In this document: in pieces, positions 37,283 to 50,770 of the stretch
Position numbering within the stretch: the stretch's first letter is position 1
How the letters are laid out: every line of letters begins with the position of its first letter
DNA from: Camelus ferus
Lineage: Eukaryota
Length of the DNA stretch: 64,000 nt
Assembly (NCBI RefSeq): GCF_009834535.1
Contig: NC_045697.1
Location: 67,768,001-67,832,000 of the forward strand
Direction: 5' to 3'
The notes under the pieces: generated by a model
What the model was told of the DNA's origin: nothing
What the model saw: only the letters and a program-made list of their open reading frames with translations
Databases searched by the model: none
Made by a program: the position numbers and the translations under genes

Positions 37283-39769
37283 AAAATCAATGCAGTGGCC
37301 AATAGAAAAATAAAAATGAATATTGAAATATACTTTCACAAAAGTTGCATTTTTTACCTTTAAAATAAAGTTTATTCTTTTCTCACCATACGAGTAAGGG
37401 AATTTAAGAGTACCAAATAACACTGTCAACTTTTTATAGAATGTATGTAGTTTACTAGCTAGAATCAACAGAGAACATGAAGAAAACCCAAATTGTTCCA
37501 TAAGTGTGCTGGGTTCCTCAGTGTTTTTCTCCACTTAAATGATATTGACAGTTGTCCTTATTGAAGAGGAAACACGTATGTGCTTGGAGCCTCACAGACA
37601 ACCATTCATCATTCTCTCTTGCAAAAGATAGAAGCCCTGTACCAGCACACAAAAATCCAACGGCAGCTACAGTAACAGAAAATCAATAGACTGTATTAGA
37701 AAACTCAGAGGCTAATCAGAGCCCAATCTCCAGGCGTGATGTACTCCAAGAGAAGCATTGCTTTAGGACATAACTCAATTCTCTGAACATCGCAGACTGC
37801 AGCTTAATTCAAGCATATAGGGGGAAAATGAGGGTCTTTAAAATATACATTTTGTTCATTAGTGCCTTCCAAAAGAAGCTTCAGTGCAGTACTGTAATGA
37901 ATAATGATATCATACATTCTTAAAAACTGATGTTAGCTTAGTCATTATGCCCAAATAGAATGAGAGCCCCTGCTGTGTGAAGCAATGAGATGTCATTAGT
38001 AAGCAGCATCTTTGCTAAAAGGAGGACGCATATTGTTACTTGTTAAACACACTATTAATATCTGTAAAGGTAAATGGCAATTGGCTCTTTACTTTCATAA
38101 GCAGCTCATTCTGCTGACATATTTTAACTGATCCTGAACCCTAAGTGAAGATGGAGACTCAAATCAAAATTTATCGTGTGACAAATTTCAAGTAAGTTGA
38201 AATTGACACTGTACAATAAAAACACATTCAGGTTAAATTATTAAAAAATACCAGGCTCTGAAAACTACCAGCATTTTAGCAATTTTTCTAAATTTTTTCT
38301 AGAGTAAGTAGAATCCATTCTTAATTCAGGTTTTTTTTTTTTTCCCATTGTGGGAGTACAGATTTGATGCAAGAATTGTACCAGCAATATAGGTTCATAA
38401 TATCGTATCTACCTTCTCTTCTATTCGTATTCATTTTTGACATTTTAAAGTCATCAAGAAGTCTTCAAAAATTGGTTTTCATTTTTGGATTAATTTATCA
38501 TATCTCGACATGATTCTGAATTGCATATAACACATTCTTGTTTCAGTATTAAAGGGACATTTGTGTTTTAATGAACCTCTGATTTCATCTTAGTTACACT
38601 AACAACTTGAATTTAAAATTACATAAATATATGTATTTATTATAATAAACAAAATGTCAAGGTCAATTTGACTCTAATAATCCTAGCAAAATGAAGTAAC
38701 AACATGAAAAATGAAGCCCTGCTTGGAGACAAAAGCTAATTAAGAGTTTTTTAATGCCCCAGAGAGAGAAGTGTACAAAAAGGAGTCATAGCTGGTTTAA
38801 GACTGGCAACTCTGTCGGACATGACAGCTCATTCAGCTGTCCCACGCAGACACCACTGGCATCTGGGCCGATAATTATTAGACTTCAGAACACTTCTTGG
38901 AAATTGTCCTTGTATTAGAGTGATTATAAAAGCAGACCTTCTGGAATTATCACAGTTTTATATATTAATAAATGCTTTATCAATATGTGTTTATCTCTTT
39001 ACAACTGAGTTATATCTATTTTGAAAGGTCAAAAGAGTGCTGGAGATTTAAAGAAATATTTTTACAAAATACATATTTTTTTCTTTCGAACACAGTATTA
39101 AGAATTTTTCCTAATGCATTACCTCTATGGAATAGTACTAGTGAATAAACTCTCATAAATAAAGTAAGTGAAAGGATCTAATTTTAGCAGAAACTTTAAA
39201 AATATTTTACTTTTTTTTTTTTTTACTATTTAGCAACTTTGAGATGTCTTCTTTCTAAAGGTTTTTGAAGAAATGTTTCAGATATGTTTTTATATATAGT
39301 ATCCTAACACAATATTCATTTTTAAAAAACTATATTTAGTACGTGATTTTTTAAGAAGAAAAGACTAACTTGAAACTTCAATAGATAATTTTCTGAATAG
39401 ATTGTACTATACATTGGAAATGGTTGACTTCATGTTCTTTTCTAAGAGCAAATGTGTTTTATTTATTGAGGCAATCCTACCACTCTGTAACCTTGGGTGA
39501 GTCACTTCAGTGTGTTCACTGTAGGATCTTAAGACATTTTATTGACTGTTAACATCTTACTAGATAAAAATCTGACAAAATAAAACACATTTTTACAAAC
39601 ACATTTATATGCTACAGTATGAAGTTATTTTCTCAAATCTCCCTCCAACGCTATTCTCTCGTATCACATAAAATTCATGTCTCACAAGTCTTTAGCAAAG
39701 ACACAGTTTTATAGTCTCCCTATTCCTTTAGGTTCTAGAAATCTTCAAATATTCCCAATATGTTATTGA

Positions 39770-40285
39770 AAAATCTTTTAGATACAAATAATAGAAACCA
39801 AATTTGAACATGACAGACAATCTGCTGGCTTATGTAACTGGGGAGACTACAGTCCAAGAGTCAGGCCCTGCTGGATTCATGAAATCAATGGTGTCAAGGC
39901 CATTTCCCTCATACTCAGATTCTCTCTTCATATAATTGATAGAAAGCCTGGAAGAATCAGACTCATATCCTAACAGCTTACCAGTGTCAATGTGAAAGGG
40001 ACATTCTATTACAATGAAAAAATGTCCTTGGAAGAACTCTGATTGATCTAATTTGGTCCCAAATATTTGTTGAGTAAATGAATCCCCTCTCTTCCCTGTA
40101 TCAGGTCCTGCAGCTTAGGGCTGATAAGCTGATATGCTGCACCTGTACAATGGCCTCAAACCCATGGAGGAGTGATAGGGTCAGTTCAACTTAAAGACAG
40201 ACTCCACAAAATTGGATAACTCTGTTTTTAGAACAAAAAAGAGGGTAACATGGATGCTGAACATCACAAAACAATAGATATCAAA
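39770..40285 (-). mobile_element. Old MaLR LTR (MLT1J/K/L-like)
   Basis: ctggcttatgtaactggga...ggaagaactctgattg...atggatgctgaacatcacaaaacaatagatatc. Confidence 0.5.
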
Positions 40286-40539
40286 ATTCCTTAGGACCTG
40301 AAAAACTTACAAGTTGGTATTTCCTCCATTTTCAAGAATCCATGGACCAAAACATCCTAATTGACAAGGATTTCATCTACCAAACAGGAGAAGAACTGGT
40401 TCCCATTAGGAGAGTCATGAAATGTAAGACATTGAAGTTGATACTCTGTGTAACTATAGGACAAATAATCTATCAGGCACACAGCTATTTTTCAGGTTAT
40501 CATCCAAGTGTGCATACCTAAACACTATAGTTTTGTTCT

Positions 40540-41072
40540 TAAAAAATGATAGTTTTTAAGATTAACTTTAGCACATAATCCCCTATTTATATATTTTTTT
40601 CATTTCTTTACAATTTATCCATTGATGAACCTGGACTATTTGATACCAAGAATTTCCCAGTCTGGATTTGGCTGATTTTGTATGCACAATGTAGTTCACA
40701 ATGTGCCTTTTTCCTTTGCATTTTCAGCACATTGGCAGCTGAATATAGAGACCTGATCGGACTCAGAGTCACTTCTTTGGCAAGGTTATAAATGGCAGTA
40801 TGTTCTTTCATCAAGGACAGGGACAGGTAATGTCTGGTTTTCTCTCATTTATATTTGAGCTCAAAGACTAGATCCATTAATGCACTGGGATTGCTAAGTG
40901 GTGATTTTCTATTTCATCATTTCTTTTCCAGTTACCACTTAGGACACTTTTATACAGATATATTTCCCCACATTTATTATCTGCCTGGTGCAGTTCTTAA
41001 AGAAAGAGTGGTAATACTATTTGATTATTTTACTCTATTTACCAGTTTTCAAAATCATAAACTGTTTCTCTA
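40540..41072 (-). mobile_element. L1MC4/5-like 3' UTR fragment
   Basis: gaatttcccagtctggatttggctgatt...agaggacctgatcggactcagagtcacttctttggcaagg. Confidence 0.65.
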
Positions 41073-41075
41073 TTA

Positions 41076-41475
41076 TGTAGACAGTTTACATGTTGATTTG
41101 AATAGGCTACAGTCACCAGTTACTCAAACACTTATCTTGCCATTGCTGTGAAGGTATTTTATAGATATGATTATGATCCATAATCAGTGATTTTAAGTAA
41201 AGGAGATTACTCTAGATAATCTGGGGGAGCATAAATTAATTAGTTGAGCAGCCTTAAAAACAGAACGGAGGCTTCCCTGAAGAAGAAATTCTACCTATGG
41301 ATAGCAGCTTCAGTTTTTGTGCAAGAGTTCTGGCCTGCACTTGTTGGTAATCAGCCCTTTGGATTTTAAACCGGCCTTATAAGCCCCACAATTATATGTC
41401 AATTCCTTTCCATGAATCTTGTTTTATATACATCTTTCTGACTCTGTTTCTCTTCTTGAACCCTGACTGATAACC
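41076..41475 (+). mobile_element. MLT2 (MLT2D-like) 5' LTR of an ERV-L
   Basis: ttgctgtgaaggtattttatagat...taagtaaaggagattactctagataatctggggg...gaaccctgactgata, followed directly by the ERV-L leader gatttcactaagagagtggttctagggga. Confidence 0.9.
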
Positions 41476-43213
41476 GATTTCACTAAGAGAGTGGTTCTAG
41501 GGGAACAGCGTGGTAAGGATGAGTTTTCTAAGCTGGTTCTGGGTTTTGTTGAATTGCTTCTCTACCCTGCTTAGGTTTCAAACCCTAATGACTCCACTGT
41601 TTCAGTAGTACACAAGGCACTCGTAATCAATGGCATGATTTGTCAATAGAGATATGCAAAATATCACCTTGAATACTCCTAATCAAATACATATAGAAGA
41701 GAATGTTCTACATGACCATGTACTTGACACTTTAGAATATCTTAGTGAAACTAAGGATTGTGCTGAGGAAAGTGAGGAAAGAAAAGGATAATCTCAGGGC
41801 TTCAAATTCCCAAGTCAAGCTGCGTATAAATGATCTGAAAGCTTCTATATCTGCCTTGAAAGAAACTTTTATCTCCTATTGCCACAAGGCTGAGATTTCT
41901 GAAAACAAAAGTCAGAGTCTCAGAGTAACAGGTTGAGAGGTTGTTACCAAGGTTTGGGGGTGGGGAAGATGGGAAGATATTGATCAAAGGGTGAAAACTT
42001 CCAGTTATAGGATTAACAAATTCTGGGGCTCTAATATGTGGTATGATGATTGTAGCTAATAATATTGTATTATAGATTTGAATGTTCCTACAGAGTAGAT
42101 CTTAAATGCTCTCACCCCAAAAAAGAAGTGGTAATTATGCTATGGCATGAAGGTGTTAACTAATGCTACAGTGATAATCATTTGGCAATATATAAATGAA
42201 TCAAATCAATGTGTTGTAGATCTTAAACTTACACAGTGTTATATGTTTATTATATCTCAGTAAAGCTGGAAACAAAAATGTCAGTCTCATTTTGTGAATG
42301 GTGGAATTACAGGGCAAATTGAATTCCCTATCTCCCAGGGTATTTTCTGTTAATGTGAAGGCATTGTTTGGGAAAGAGTGGGATCATGACCATTCAAATG
42401 GGGACATACATGCAGATCATTATGGATCTGGGGAAGACAAATACCTAAATTCTTCTCTGCCAGCAAAAGTCTTCCTTGCAAGGCACCGCTGGTGTTATGT
42501 AGGATCTACCCCAGCCATGTCTCTTTGTTTCTAGACCTACAATCAGACTTGACTGGTATGGACTGGGTCTATACTTAGACTCAATTATTAACAGGTCCCA
42601 AAGAGTGAGATACAAAGTGTTATCCATGAAAAGGTGCCCTATACATCAAAAGAACTACATGATTATTATAAGAAATCTGGGGAAAATGTGTGGGAATGGG
42701 TTTTAAGGGTGTGGGCAATGGTGGAAAGAACATGAAGTTAGATCAAGCCACATTTATTGATACAGGTCCACTAAGCAGGGATTCTGGACCCAGTGTTTGA
42801 TTGAAGATGTCAGAAAGGGCTCTAATAACTGTTTCGCTTGATTGTCTCATGGACTCTAACATGGCCTATACTAAATGAAGTTAAAATATCAACACTGTCT
42901 TGCTAAACTACAGAGGAAGTTGTCCAAGGGCTTAGAGAGATTGGAATGTTACAATATATTTATTATGATAAGGCCTGCTCAGTCATCCCAGAAGGGCCCT
43001 TAGGACCTATCTTTCATAATGTGACAACTAAATTTGTGAGGAGAGCCCCAGAAACTCTGAAGAGTTCTTTGGTCATTATAAATTTATGTAGGTCAGAAAT
43101 TACAGTGGGGAACACTACCATCAAACTGGGATCTCTAAATGCATGAGGATAATGGGATACCAGGATGGCAGGGGCCAAGTGGTGGCACTTAGTTATAAAG
43201 ACAAGGTGACTAT
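41476..43213 (+). mobile_element. ERV-L internal region, decayed gag, 3'-truncated
   Basis: Translated pieces KEKDNLRASNSQVK...AEISENKSQSL, VELQGKLNS...VKALFGKEWD and WEWVLRVW/NGGKNMKLDQATFIDTGPLSRDS match ERV-L Gag; stops and frameshifts are present. Confidence 0.9.
41923..42270 (+). mobile_element. L1MA9-like 3' UTR inserted in ERV-L gag
   Basis: gatcaaagggtgaaaacttccagttatagg...agagtagatcttaaatgctctcacc...tatatctcagtaaagctgg. Degenerate TSD aaacaaaagtcagagtctca / aaacaaaaatgtcagtctca. Confidence 0.9.
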
Positions 43214-43815
43214 AGTTAGGAAACAATTCTACATGGATATCTAATTTTTCTGTGTGTTGCTGATCTTCAAAGATATTTACAGCAAAGTTAAGATTTTTTC
43301 ATAAGAAAAACGTTTTTTTTTAAGGAAACATTTTAGGATAGTAGATAAAAAGATCTTTCTCTCTCCAGAGGAATGTGAGGGTAGGAAAAATAAATCCTTC
43401 CTCAACTCCCTGGAGACATTTATTTACATTCCAAAGTAAAGATAAGGTCTGTCTTTGTCTCTGTCTCTCTGGAAGGCAGGATAGTCAGTTGAGCAACTGC
43501 CCTAATAAATTCAGAGTTTCCCAATTTTTAGTTTTCTCTCCTGTGAGCCAGGTCACTGTAAGTACATGTAATATATGTTCCCCACTGTGTCACTCTGTGA
43601 TGATTGGGATTTGAGTAATCAGTGCTAAAATGTTGTTCTAGTTGCTACTTTTGCTATGAGTAAAAAATGTTGTCTCTGATCCAGGGATCTCATATTTTCT
43701 TATGTCTTCTGTAAGTGGGGCTGTGTGTGCATATGTGTGTGTGTGTACAAATAAAATCAAGCTAATTTGTTAGCTTACAAGCAAGGTAAAAGCTAAGATC
43801 CTTCAGTTTCTGACT
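43214..43815 (+). mobile_element. ERV1 LTR (LTR37/MER90-like)
   Basis: Starts gttaggaaacaattctacatgg and ends gctaatttgttagcttacaagcaaggtaaaagctaagatccttcagtttctgac; homologous to the copy at 53407-53773. Confidence 0.75.
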
Positions 43816-44991
43816 TATCATTCAATACACATATTAATTTTAGTAAGTGAAAACTATCTTTTTTATAAATATAGAATGAAAAAAGAAAAGCTTTTTCCTT
43901 TTTTTTTTTTTTTTTCTAGTGAAGAGGATTCTTAAAGGAATTGTGGGCCACCTTCCTACATAGATAGATCAGAATCTCTGAGGAGTGGAACAAGATGATT
44001 ATATTCATCAAAATAAAGTATTGGTTTATAAAATTTGAGAAACTGGTCTGTTATGTGTTCGTTATTCAATTAAGATGAAACTCCATTATAAAAATAATGT
44101 TTCCACTCTATTATAAATATAGAAGAGTTCAGAAATTTATAATTAATTAATGATAATTTTTTGTGCATACAATGTATGCTTAAAAATGTAGTGTGACAAT
44201 ATGATATTTGCCTCCAGTAAATCTCTATTAGTGATAGAGAGCTAAAACTATCCCCTATGAATAATGGTGGCTAATGCATCTAAATTTCAAGTTCTGGTGC
44301 ACATATACAAGGTTTGGAACTTCAGAAAAATAGTAATCACTATGGGACAGGGAAGAAAAGAAATGTCTTATAAAGCAAAGTGATTTACTGATATTGAAAG
44401 ATTTTAACATCGTTTCCCCCAAATTAAATTTTAATTTTGCTCTGTAACCATTTTATAATAATTTTATTAAGAAGTTAATATTCCTCTGGTAGTAGTATCC
44501 CACTACACATAGTTATTTCTAACTTTAGCCCACACAGATGTGCTAGATTTTATGTGCACTTTAAATATCATATATAAAACTTCAAACAAGTCTGGGCTTG
44601 AGCAGAGTCGATTCAGACACTGCAAGGTGTAGATTCTTCAACTGACTCCCATTATATTTATAATTAAAGCTAGTATCTTTAACAAAATTTGTACAGCATC
44701 TGGTTGATTTGGCCCCTACTAATTTTCCCAATCTCACCTAATGCACCTAATGTAATTCTTACACTTGCTCATTAAGATTCAGCCATACTGGCCTTTAGAT
44801 TATTCCAAGAAAATATTAAATTCTCTCTCATATTAGCATATTCAATCAATTTCTAGAATTAGAAGATGCCACCTTCTCAATAATCTCTATTCTCTATCTC
44901 AACATCATATATTATTTCTAAAGAGCACAACATTATCCATGGTTTATAATTATATTTTTTCTTTCTTACACAACTTGAATAAAGGGAAAAG

Positions 44992-44996
<5 letters not shown>

Positions 44997-45040
<44 letters not shown>
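44997..45040. repeat. (TA)22 microsatellite
   Basis: Seen directly; it lies in a degenerate L2-like segment (~44690-45100). Confidence 0.95.
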
Positions 45041-45046
<6 letters not shown>

Positions 45047-45769
45047 TAAATAAATATACTGACAAGAGTGTCTAGAGCATAGCTTAGACACAAATTAGAG
45101 ACTCTCCAAATATAGCAATCATACTTATTAGACACTGTATAACAAAGAATAGCACGTAACTCCACAGAAAGGAAGATCTCTACGACGGAAGTTCTGCCTC
45201 TGGGATGGCCATGTAATGCCTAACACACTCATCAGCTCACAAATAAAAACTACACACTCTGGTCTGAACAATAAACTCTGGTACAGTGAAAAGACTGGGC
45301 ATACTATGGAGGGAATTTTAATATGGAAGAATTAAACAGTGTCAAGCAAGTTTCCTATTTATTGCTTTTAGCCTGAGAGTAAATCATGGTCAGCATTGCT
45401 CAGGGCAGCTATAACGCTAATAGAAAATCTATGACCTTCTGGGCCTGAATAGCCTTTGGACTGAATATAGGGCAACCACAGAGCCTGGAAATCGGTTGTA
45501 GTGTTCTAGCAATGAGAGGTCCAGAGTTGTACTCTTCATATTCTATGAATAAATTCTTTACAAATGTCTAGCTGTTCACTGCAGCATGCATGCACAGACT
45601 GAAAGAAACTTTGCTTAAGGTGGGGAGAGGGGTTGGGGGAGAAGGATTTGAACTGAGTTTTGAGTTGTTGACTATGAGAATAAGTTTTACTTTGAGTCTA
45701 ACCAAGTTAGTTGCCTGATAAAATAAAAACATCAATATCCTTAAGAGGAATGTAACAGAATTCCTAACC

Positions 45770-48191
45770 TCCAAAATATAACATTTATAGTATCTGGGAA
45801 AATTTTAAATTACATGATATATGAAGAGTAAGGAAAATCCACTCATTCTTTAGGGAGAAAACTATCAATAGATACTAATCCCAAGATATTGGAAATGACA
45901 ATGACCTAAAAGCAGCTACTATAACTCTGATAAATGAGGTATAAGAAAATGTGAACTTAATGAAATAAGCAATGAAAGTTTCAACAATGAATACAAACTA
46001 CAAAGAGAACCAAGAGACATTAAAGAGCTGAAAAACATTATATCTTAAAAAAAAAAGCAATTAAATTGACTTAAAGTTGATTAAGGAAAGAATCAGTGAG
46101 TTTGGAAATAGATAAGTAAAAATCATTTGATTTGAAGACCACAGAATAAAAAAATCATTATAAAAAAAGAACATAAGCTTAAATATTGGCTGGATAATAT
46201 GAAGGAAAATAGCATGTGTGTAATTGGAAACAAAAAAGAGAGAGAAAAGAAATATAATGGGTCAGAACAAAGTTTGAAAAAAATAATGAATGAAAAATTT
46301 TTACAATTTGGTGAAAGTTATACATCTGTAAAGGTAAGGAGATCAAAAACCCCCAAGTTGGGTAAATAATAAGAATAACAAGCCTAGACACATCATAGTA
46401 AAATGACTTAAAACCAACAATAAATAAAAGTCTTGGCAACATCCAGAAAAAAATAATGCCTTATATCCAGGGGAACAATGATTCAAATGATAGCAGCCTT
46501 CTCAACACAAACCATAGAAGACAGAAAAGACTTGTTTAACAATTTGTAACACCAAAAGGGAAAAAAATTAACCTAGAATTCTAAATCTATTGAAAATACC
46601 CTTCAAGAATAATGGTTAAAGATAGTTCAAGATAAAAGTAACTAAGAGAAATAACTACCAGTATACAGCACTACGAAAGTGTTAAAATGAAGTTCTAAAA
46701 TTTACCAAAACTGATAGAAGATAAAACAGAAAGCCTCAATAGTTAAACAAACAACATACAAAACTTCTGTTGCTTACAACAACTAAAGAAGAGCTGAATT
46801 AAATAGAGATATATCTACTATGTTCATGAATTTAAAGATTCATTAGTGGTGTCAATTCTCCACTAATTAATCTATAATTTCATTGCAATCACAATTATAA
46901 CTACTAGGAATTTTTTTTAGAAATGTACAATCTAAAAGTGTAAAACATATGGAAATGAAAACGTTTAGACTCTCCAAAGCAATCTTGAAAAACAAGAACT
47001 GAGCTGAATAACGTACACTACATAACTTTGTACTTCTTATAAAGATACAGCAATCAAGACTGTGTAATTTACAAAGAGAATAATAGACAAAATAGAGTCC
47101 AGAAATTGAGCCCCACTTATATGGTCAGGTGATTTTCTTTCTAGACACCAAAGCAATCCTATGAGGGGTGGAGTGTCTGTTCCAACAACTTATGCTGGAA
47201 TTACAAGAGATTTATATGGAAAATAAGAGGACTTTTATCTGCTACTTCTCATTGTACACAAAAATTAAATTAAGATCAACCACAGAACTAAAACTAAAAA
47301 CTATCTTTATAACATCCTCTAGAGAAAAACATAGAGAATATTCTTCATGTTTCAAGGATAGACAAAGGTTTCTTGGGTAAAGAAAACTGGCAATTAAAAC
47401 ATTTTACAAAAATCTAATGAATTAGCTTAGTTTTTAAAAAGTTACCAAAAATGAAAACTTCCACTCATCAAAAGACACTGTAAATAATGAAAAGTAAAAT
47501 CTTTTAATCAAGTTAAAGGAAATATTTGTGAAACATATCCTGGTTTCCTAAGGTATATAAAGAATTTCCAGAACTCAATAATGAAAAGATAAACAACCCC
47601 ATTAAAAATTGGCAAAAGATTTAAAGACAGTTCACAAAAGAAGATATACAAATGACCAATATCCAGGAATAAGTGTTCAGCATTATTAGCCACTGAATAA
47701 ACTCACATTAAATCACAGTGAAATACTAGTACACATGGATTAGAAGGGCAGTAAGTAAAAGAATTATCACACCAAGCTTTGCTGGGGTATGGAATAACCA
47801 GAATTCTCATATGTCATTGGTGAGTAGGTAAAATGCTACATTCTTTTTTGGAAAATGAGCCAGTATGCCCTATAAAACTGAATATATGTGTACTATATGA
47901 CCAGTATTTTCAATACTAGATGAAATCTAAATCTCACAACAAGACTTGTAATGTTACATGATATTCTGTTATTTTCTATTGTTCTATTTGCTGATGTTGA
48001 ATGACTTGTATTTTAAATAGTAGCATTATTCATACTAGCCAGAAACTGCAAAGAATTCAGGTGTCATTCATAAGGTGAATGGATAAACTGAATGAAGAGT
48101 ATTCATACACAGGAATAGTACTGAGCATTAAAAATTAATGAATTCCTGAAGTACACAATGACATAAATGACTCTCAAAACCATACTGTTGA
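45770..48191 (+). mobile_element. Old L1 (L1M-type): ORF1 relic, internally deleted ORF2, start of 3' UTR
   Basis: ORF1-like ctagacacatcatagtaaaatg and aacctagaattctaaatc. ORF2-like ccaaagcaatcttgaaaaacaagaac, agatacagcaatcaagactgtg and agagtccagaaattgagcccc. Confidence 0.85.
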
Positions 48192-48844
48192 AAATGGAAC
48201 CGAATTAAACTTAAAAACTTTTCACAGAAAAGGAAACCATAAACAAAACAAAAAGACAACATACAGAATGAGTGAAAATGTTTGCAAATGATATGACCAA
48301 CAAGGGATTAATTTCCAAAATATATAAGCAGCTCACACGGCTCATTATCAAACAAACAAACAAACAAACTCAATCAAAAAATGGGCAAAAGATCTAAATA
48401 GACATTTCTCCAAAGAAAACATACAGATGACCAACAGGAACATGAAAAGATGCTCAACATTACTGATTATTACAGAAATGTAAATTAAAACTACAATGAG
48501 GTATCACCTCACACCCGCCAGATGGCCATCATCAAAAAGTCTACAATAATAAATTCTAGAGAGAGTATGGAGGAAAAGGAACCCTCCTACACTATTGGTG
48601 GGAATGCAAACTGTTGCAGCCACTATGGAGATCAGTGTTGAGGTTCCTTAAAAAACTAAAAATAGAGTTACCATATGATCCAGGAATCCCACTCCTGTAC
48701 AAATATCTGGATAAAACTAATTTGTAAAGATACATGCACCCGTGCTCGTAGCAGCACTTTGTACAGTAGTCAAGACATGGAAACTATCCAAATGTCCATC
48801 AACAGATGACTGGATAAAGAAGATGTGGTGTGTATATGTGTATA

Positions 48845-48898
<54 letters not shown>

Positions 48899-49375
48899 AT
48901 GGAATACTACTCAGCCATAAAAACTATGTCATTGGCAGCAGCAATGGATGGACCTAGAGATTGTTCTACAAACTGAGGTAAGCCAGAAAGAGAAAGAAAA
49001 ATACCATATGATATCACTTATATGTGGAATCTAAAAAAAAATAACATAAAACTTATTTTCAAAACAGAACAAGACTCACAGACATAGAAAACAAACTTAT
49101 GGTTACTCAGGGGGAAGGAGGGAGGGAGGGATAAATTGAGAGTTTGGGACTGGCAGATACAAACTACTATTTACAGAATAAATAAACAATAAGGTCCTAC
49201 TATATAGCACAGGGAACAATATTCAATAGCTTGTAGTAATCTGTAATGAAAAAAAAAATGTGTATAACCGAATCACTATGCTGTACACCAGAAACTAATG
49301 TAACACTGTAAATCTGCTATACTTCAATTTAAAAAATGGAAAAAAAATGAATCTGAATTAAATTAAATTAAACTA
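48192..49375 (+). mobile_element. Younger cetartiodactyl L1 3' 1.2 kb nested in the older L1
   Basis: ORF2 C-terminus (KETINKTKRQ...[17 protein letters not shown]), G-rich tract, 3' UTR and A-rich tail. Degenerate TSD aaaaccatactgttga / aaaacacgatgttga. Confidence 0.92.
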
Positions 49376-49965
49376 AAAACACGATGTTGAGAGAAAGAAG
49401 CCTTACACAAGCAGTGTATATTTTATAATTCTATTTAGAAGAAGTTATTAGAAAAGGAAAATCTAAACTGTGGTGGATACAGTCAGAACAGTGGTATTGT
49501 CAAGGGAGAGTAAACAGGAATTGACTATGAAGTGATATTAAGGAATTTTCTCCAGTGATCAGAACGATCTGTACCGTGATAAAGAGTTTGAAGTGTACGT
49601 ATTTGTCAAAGCTCAGCTAATATGTAAGGAATACTTGTGTATTTCAATGTAGGTAAATTTTATATGCATGAAAATATTTTATATGCAGGAAAATTTTTTT
49701 AAAAATATTTAACTAGTCAACAGTATTCATGCTAAAGTGTTTAGGGAGAAGTATCTAATGTCTGCAATTTAATTTAAGGTACACCCAAAAAAAGATTCTA
49801 TTTTGCATGAATAGAACCAGAGATATGTTGATAGATACATAATAAAATAAGAATAGTAATGTTAATTAAGTTAGAGTCTAGGTGATTAGTATACGGATAT
49901 TCACTGTAATATCCTTTCAATTTTTCTATATATTTAAAATTTCCTTAATTTATTTCGGTGGAAAA
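49376..49965 (+). mobile_element. Continuation of the older L1 3' UTR
   Basis: atgttgagagaaagaagcc...gtatttgtcaaagctcagc...tattcactgtaatatcctttcaattttt. Confidence 0.75.
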
Positions 49966-50021
49966 AAATCTACTTGGAACTCCCTACTCTTCAGTCAAAT
50001 ACTACAAAAAGCCCAAATAAA

Positions 50022-50132
50022 GATGAATTATGAACCTCATGAAGGCAGGGACTGCATCTGTTCTCTTCACCAGATATCTGACATGTAGGTGGTACTCAAA
50101 GAGTACAAAAAATATTTCTTGAATAAATAAGT
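50022..50132 (+). mobile_element. L2 3' terminus
   Basis: atgaacctcatgaaggcagggactgcatctgttctcttcacc...gtaggtggtactcaa...ttgaataaataa. Confidence 0.8.
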
Positions 50133-50334
50133 TCACATTCCTCTACTATTAGATTAATTCTCTATTAATGTGTTATACTCACTCTGTACTAAGAAACAAA
50201 GGTCATATAATACACTGGTCTCTAGGAATCCCTGATGTAACAGATCACTGGATAAATGTCTAAAATATATGAGATTCAGAAAAAATGTATTTCCCAAGTG
50301 AGTACTGGATAATTAAGCTTAACATCATGGTCTT

Positions 50335-50770
50335 CATTTGAGGAATTTACAACTACACCAAACAGTTCAACAGAAATTGGACCACAAGTTTGGAACTAGT
50401 TACCTAAATAAAAGAAGAGCTAAAGGAGTAAACAGGTGAAGAAGGAGAACCTGGCATTACAGACATAAAGAAATTCCTCTCTACTCTTAGGGCTGATGGG
50501 ATATTAGGAAAGAGGAGGTAATATTACCTCCAGGGTCCTAGGCTGCCTGTTTGGAATCTTAAAGGAAGATCGATTCAGTGGGAGATGGAACCATCCAGGC
50601 AGTTTCCCATAAGAAGCTGGGACCTCAGAGAGAAGAGCTGCCCAAGGGAGAGGAAGTCAGTAAAGAAGATGCAGCTACTACTACACTGCAGTGGAAGCCA
50701 GCAGCCAGGAGGAAAAATACCAAGTCTCTTCTCTCCTCTTGCTTCCACCCTCTGCCTGGGCTTCCTGCCA
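50335..50770 (-). mobile_element. ERVL LTR fragment (LTR33-like)
   Basis: Purine-rich LTR-like body ending ctcttctctcctcttgcttccaccctctgcctgggcttcctgcc; family recalled only loosely. Confidence 0.4.

Noticed and set aside
37118..37534. Longest ORF (138 aa, minus strand, hydrophobic)
   Set aside because: Its C-terminal part is antisense L1 3' UTR and the rest is T-rich low-information sequence.
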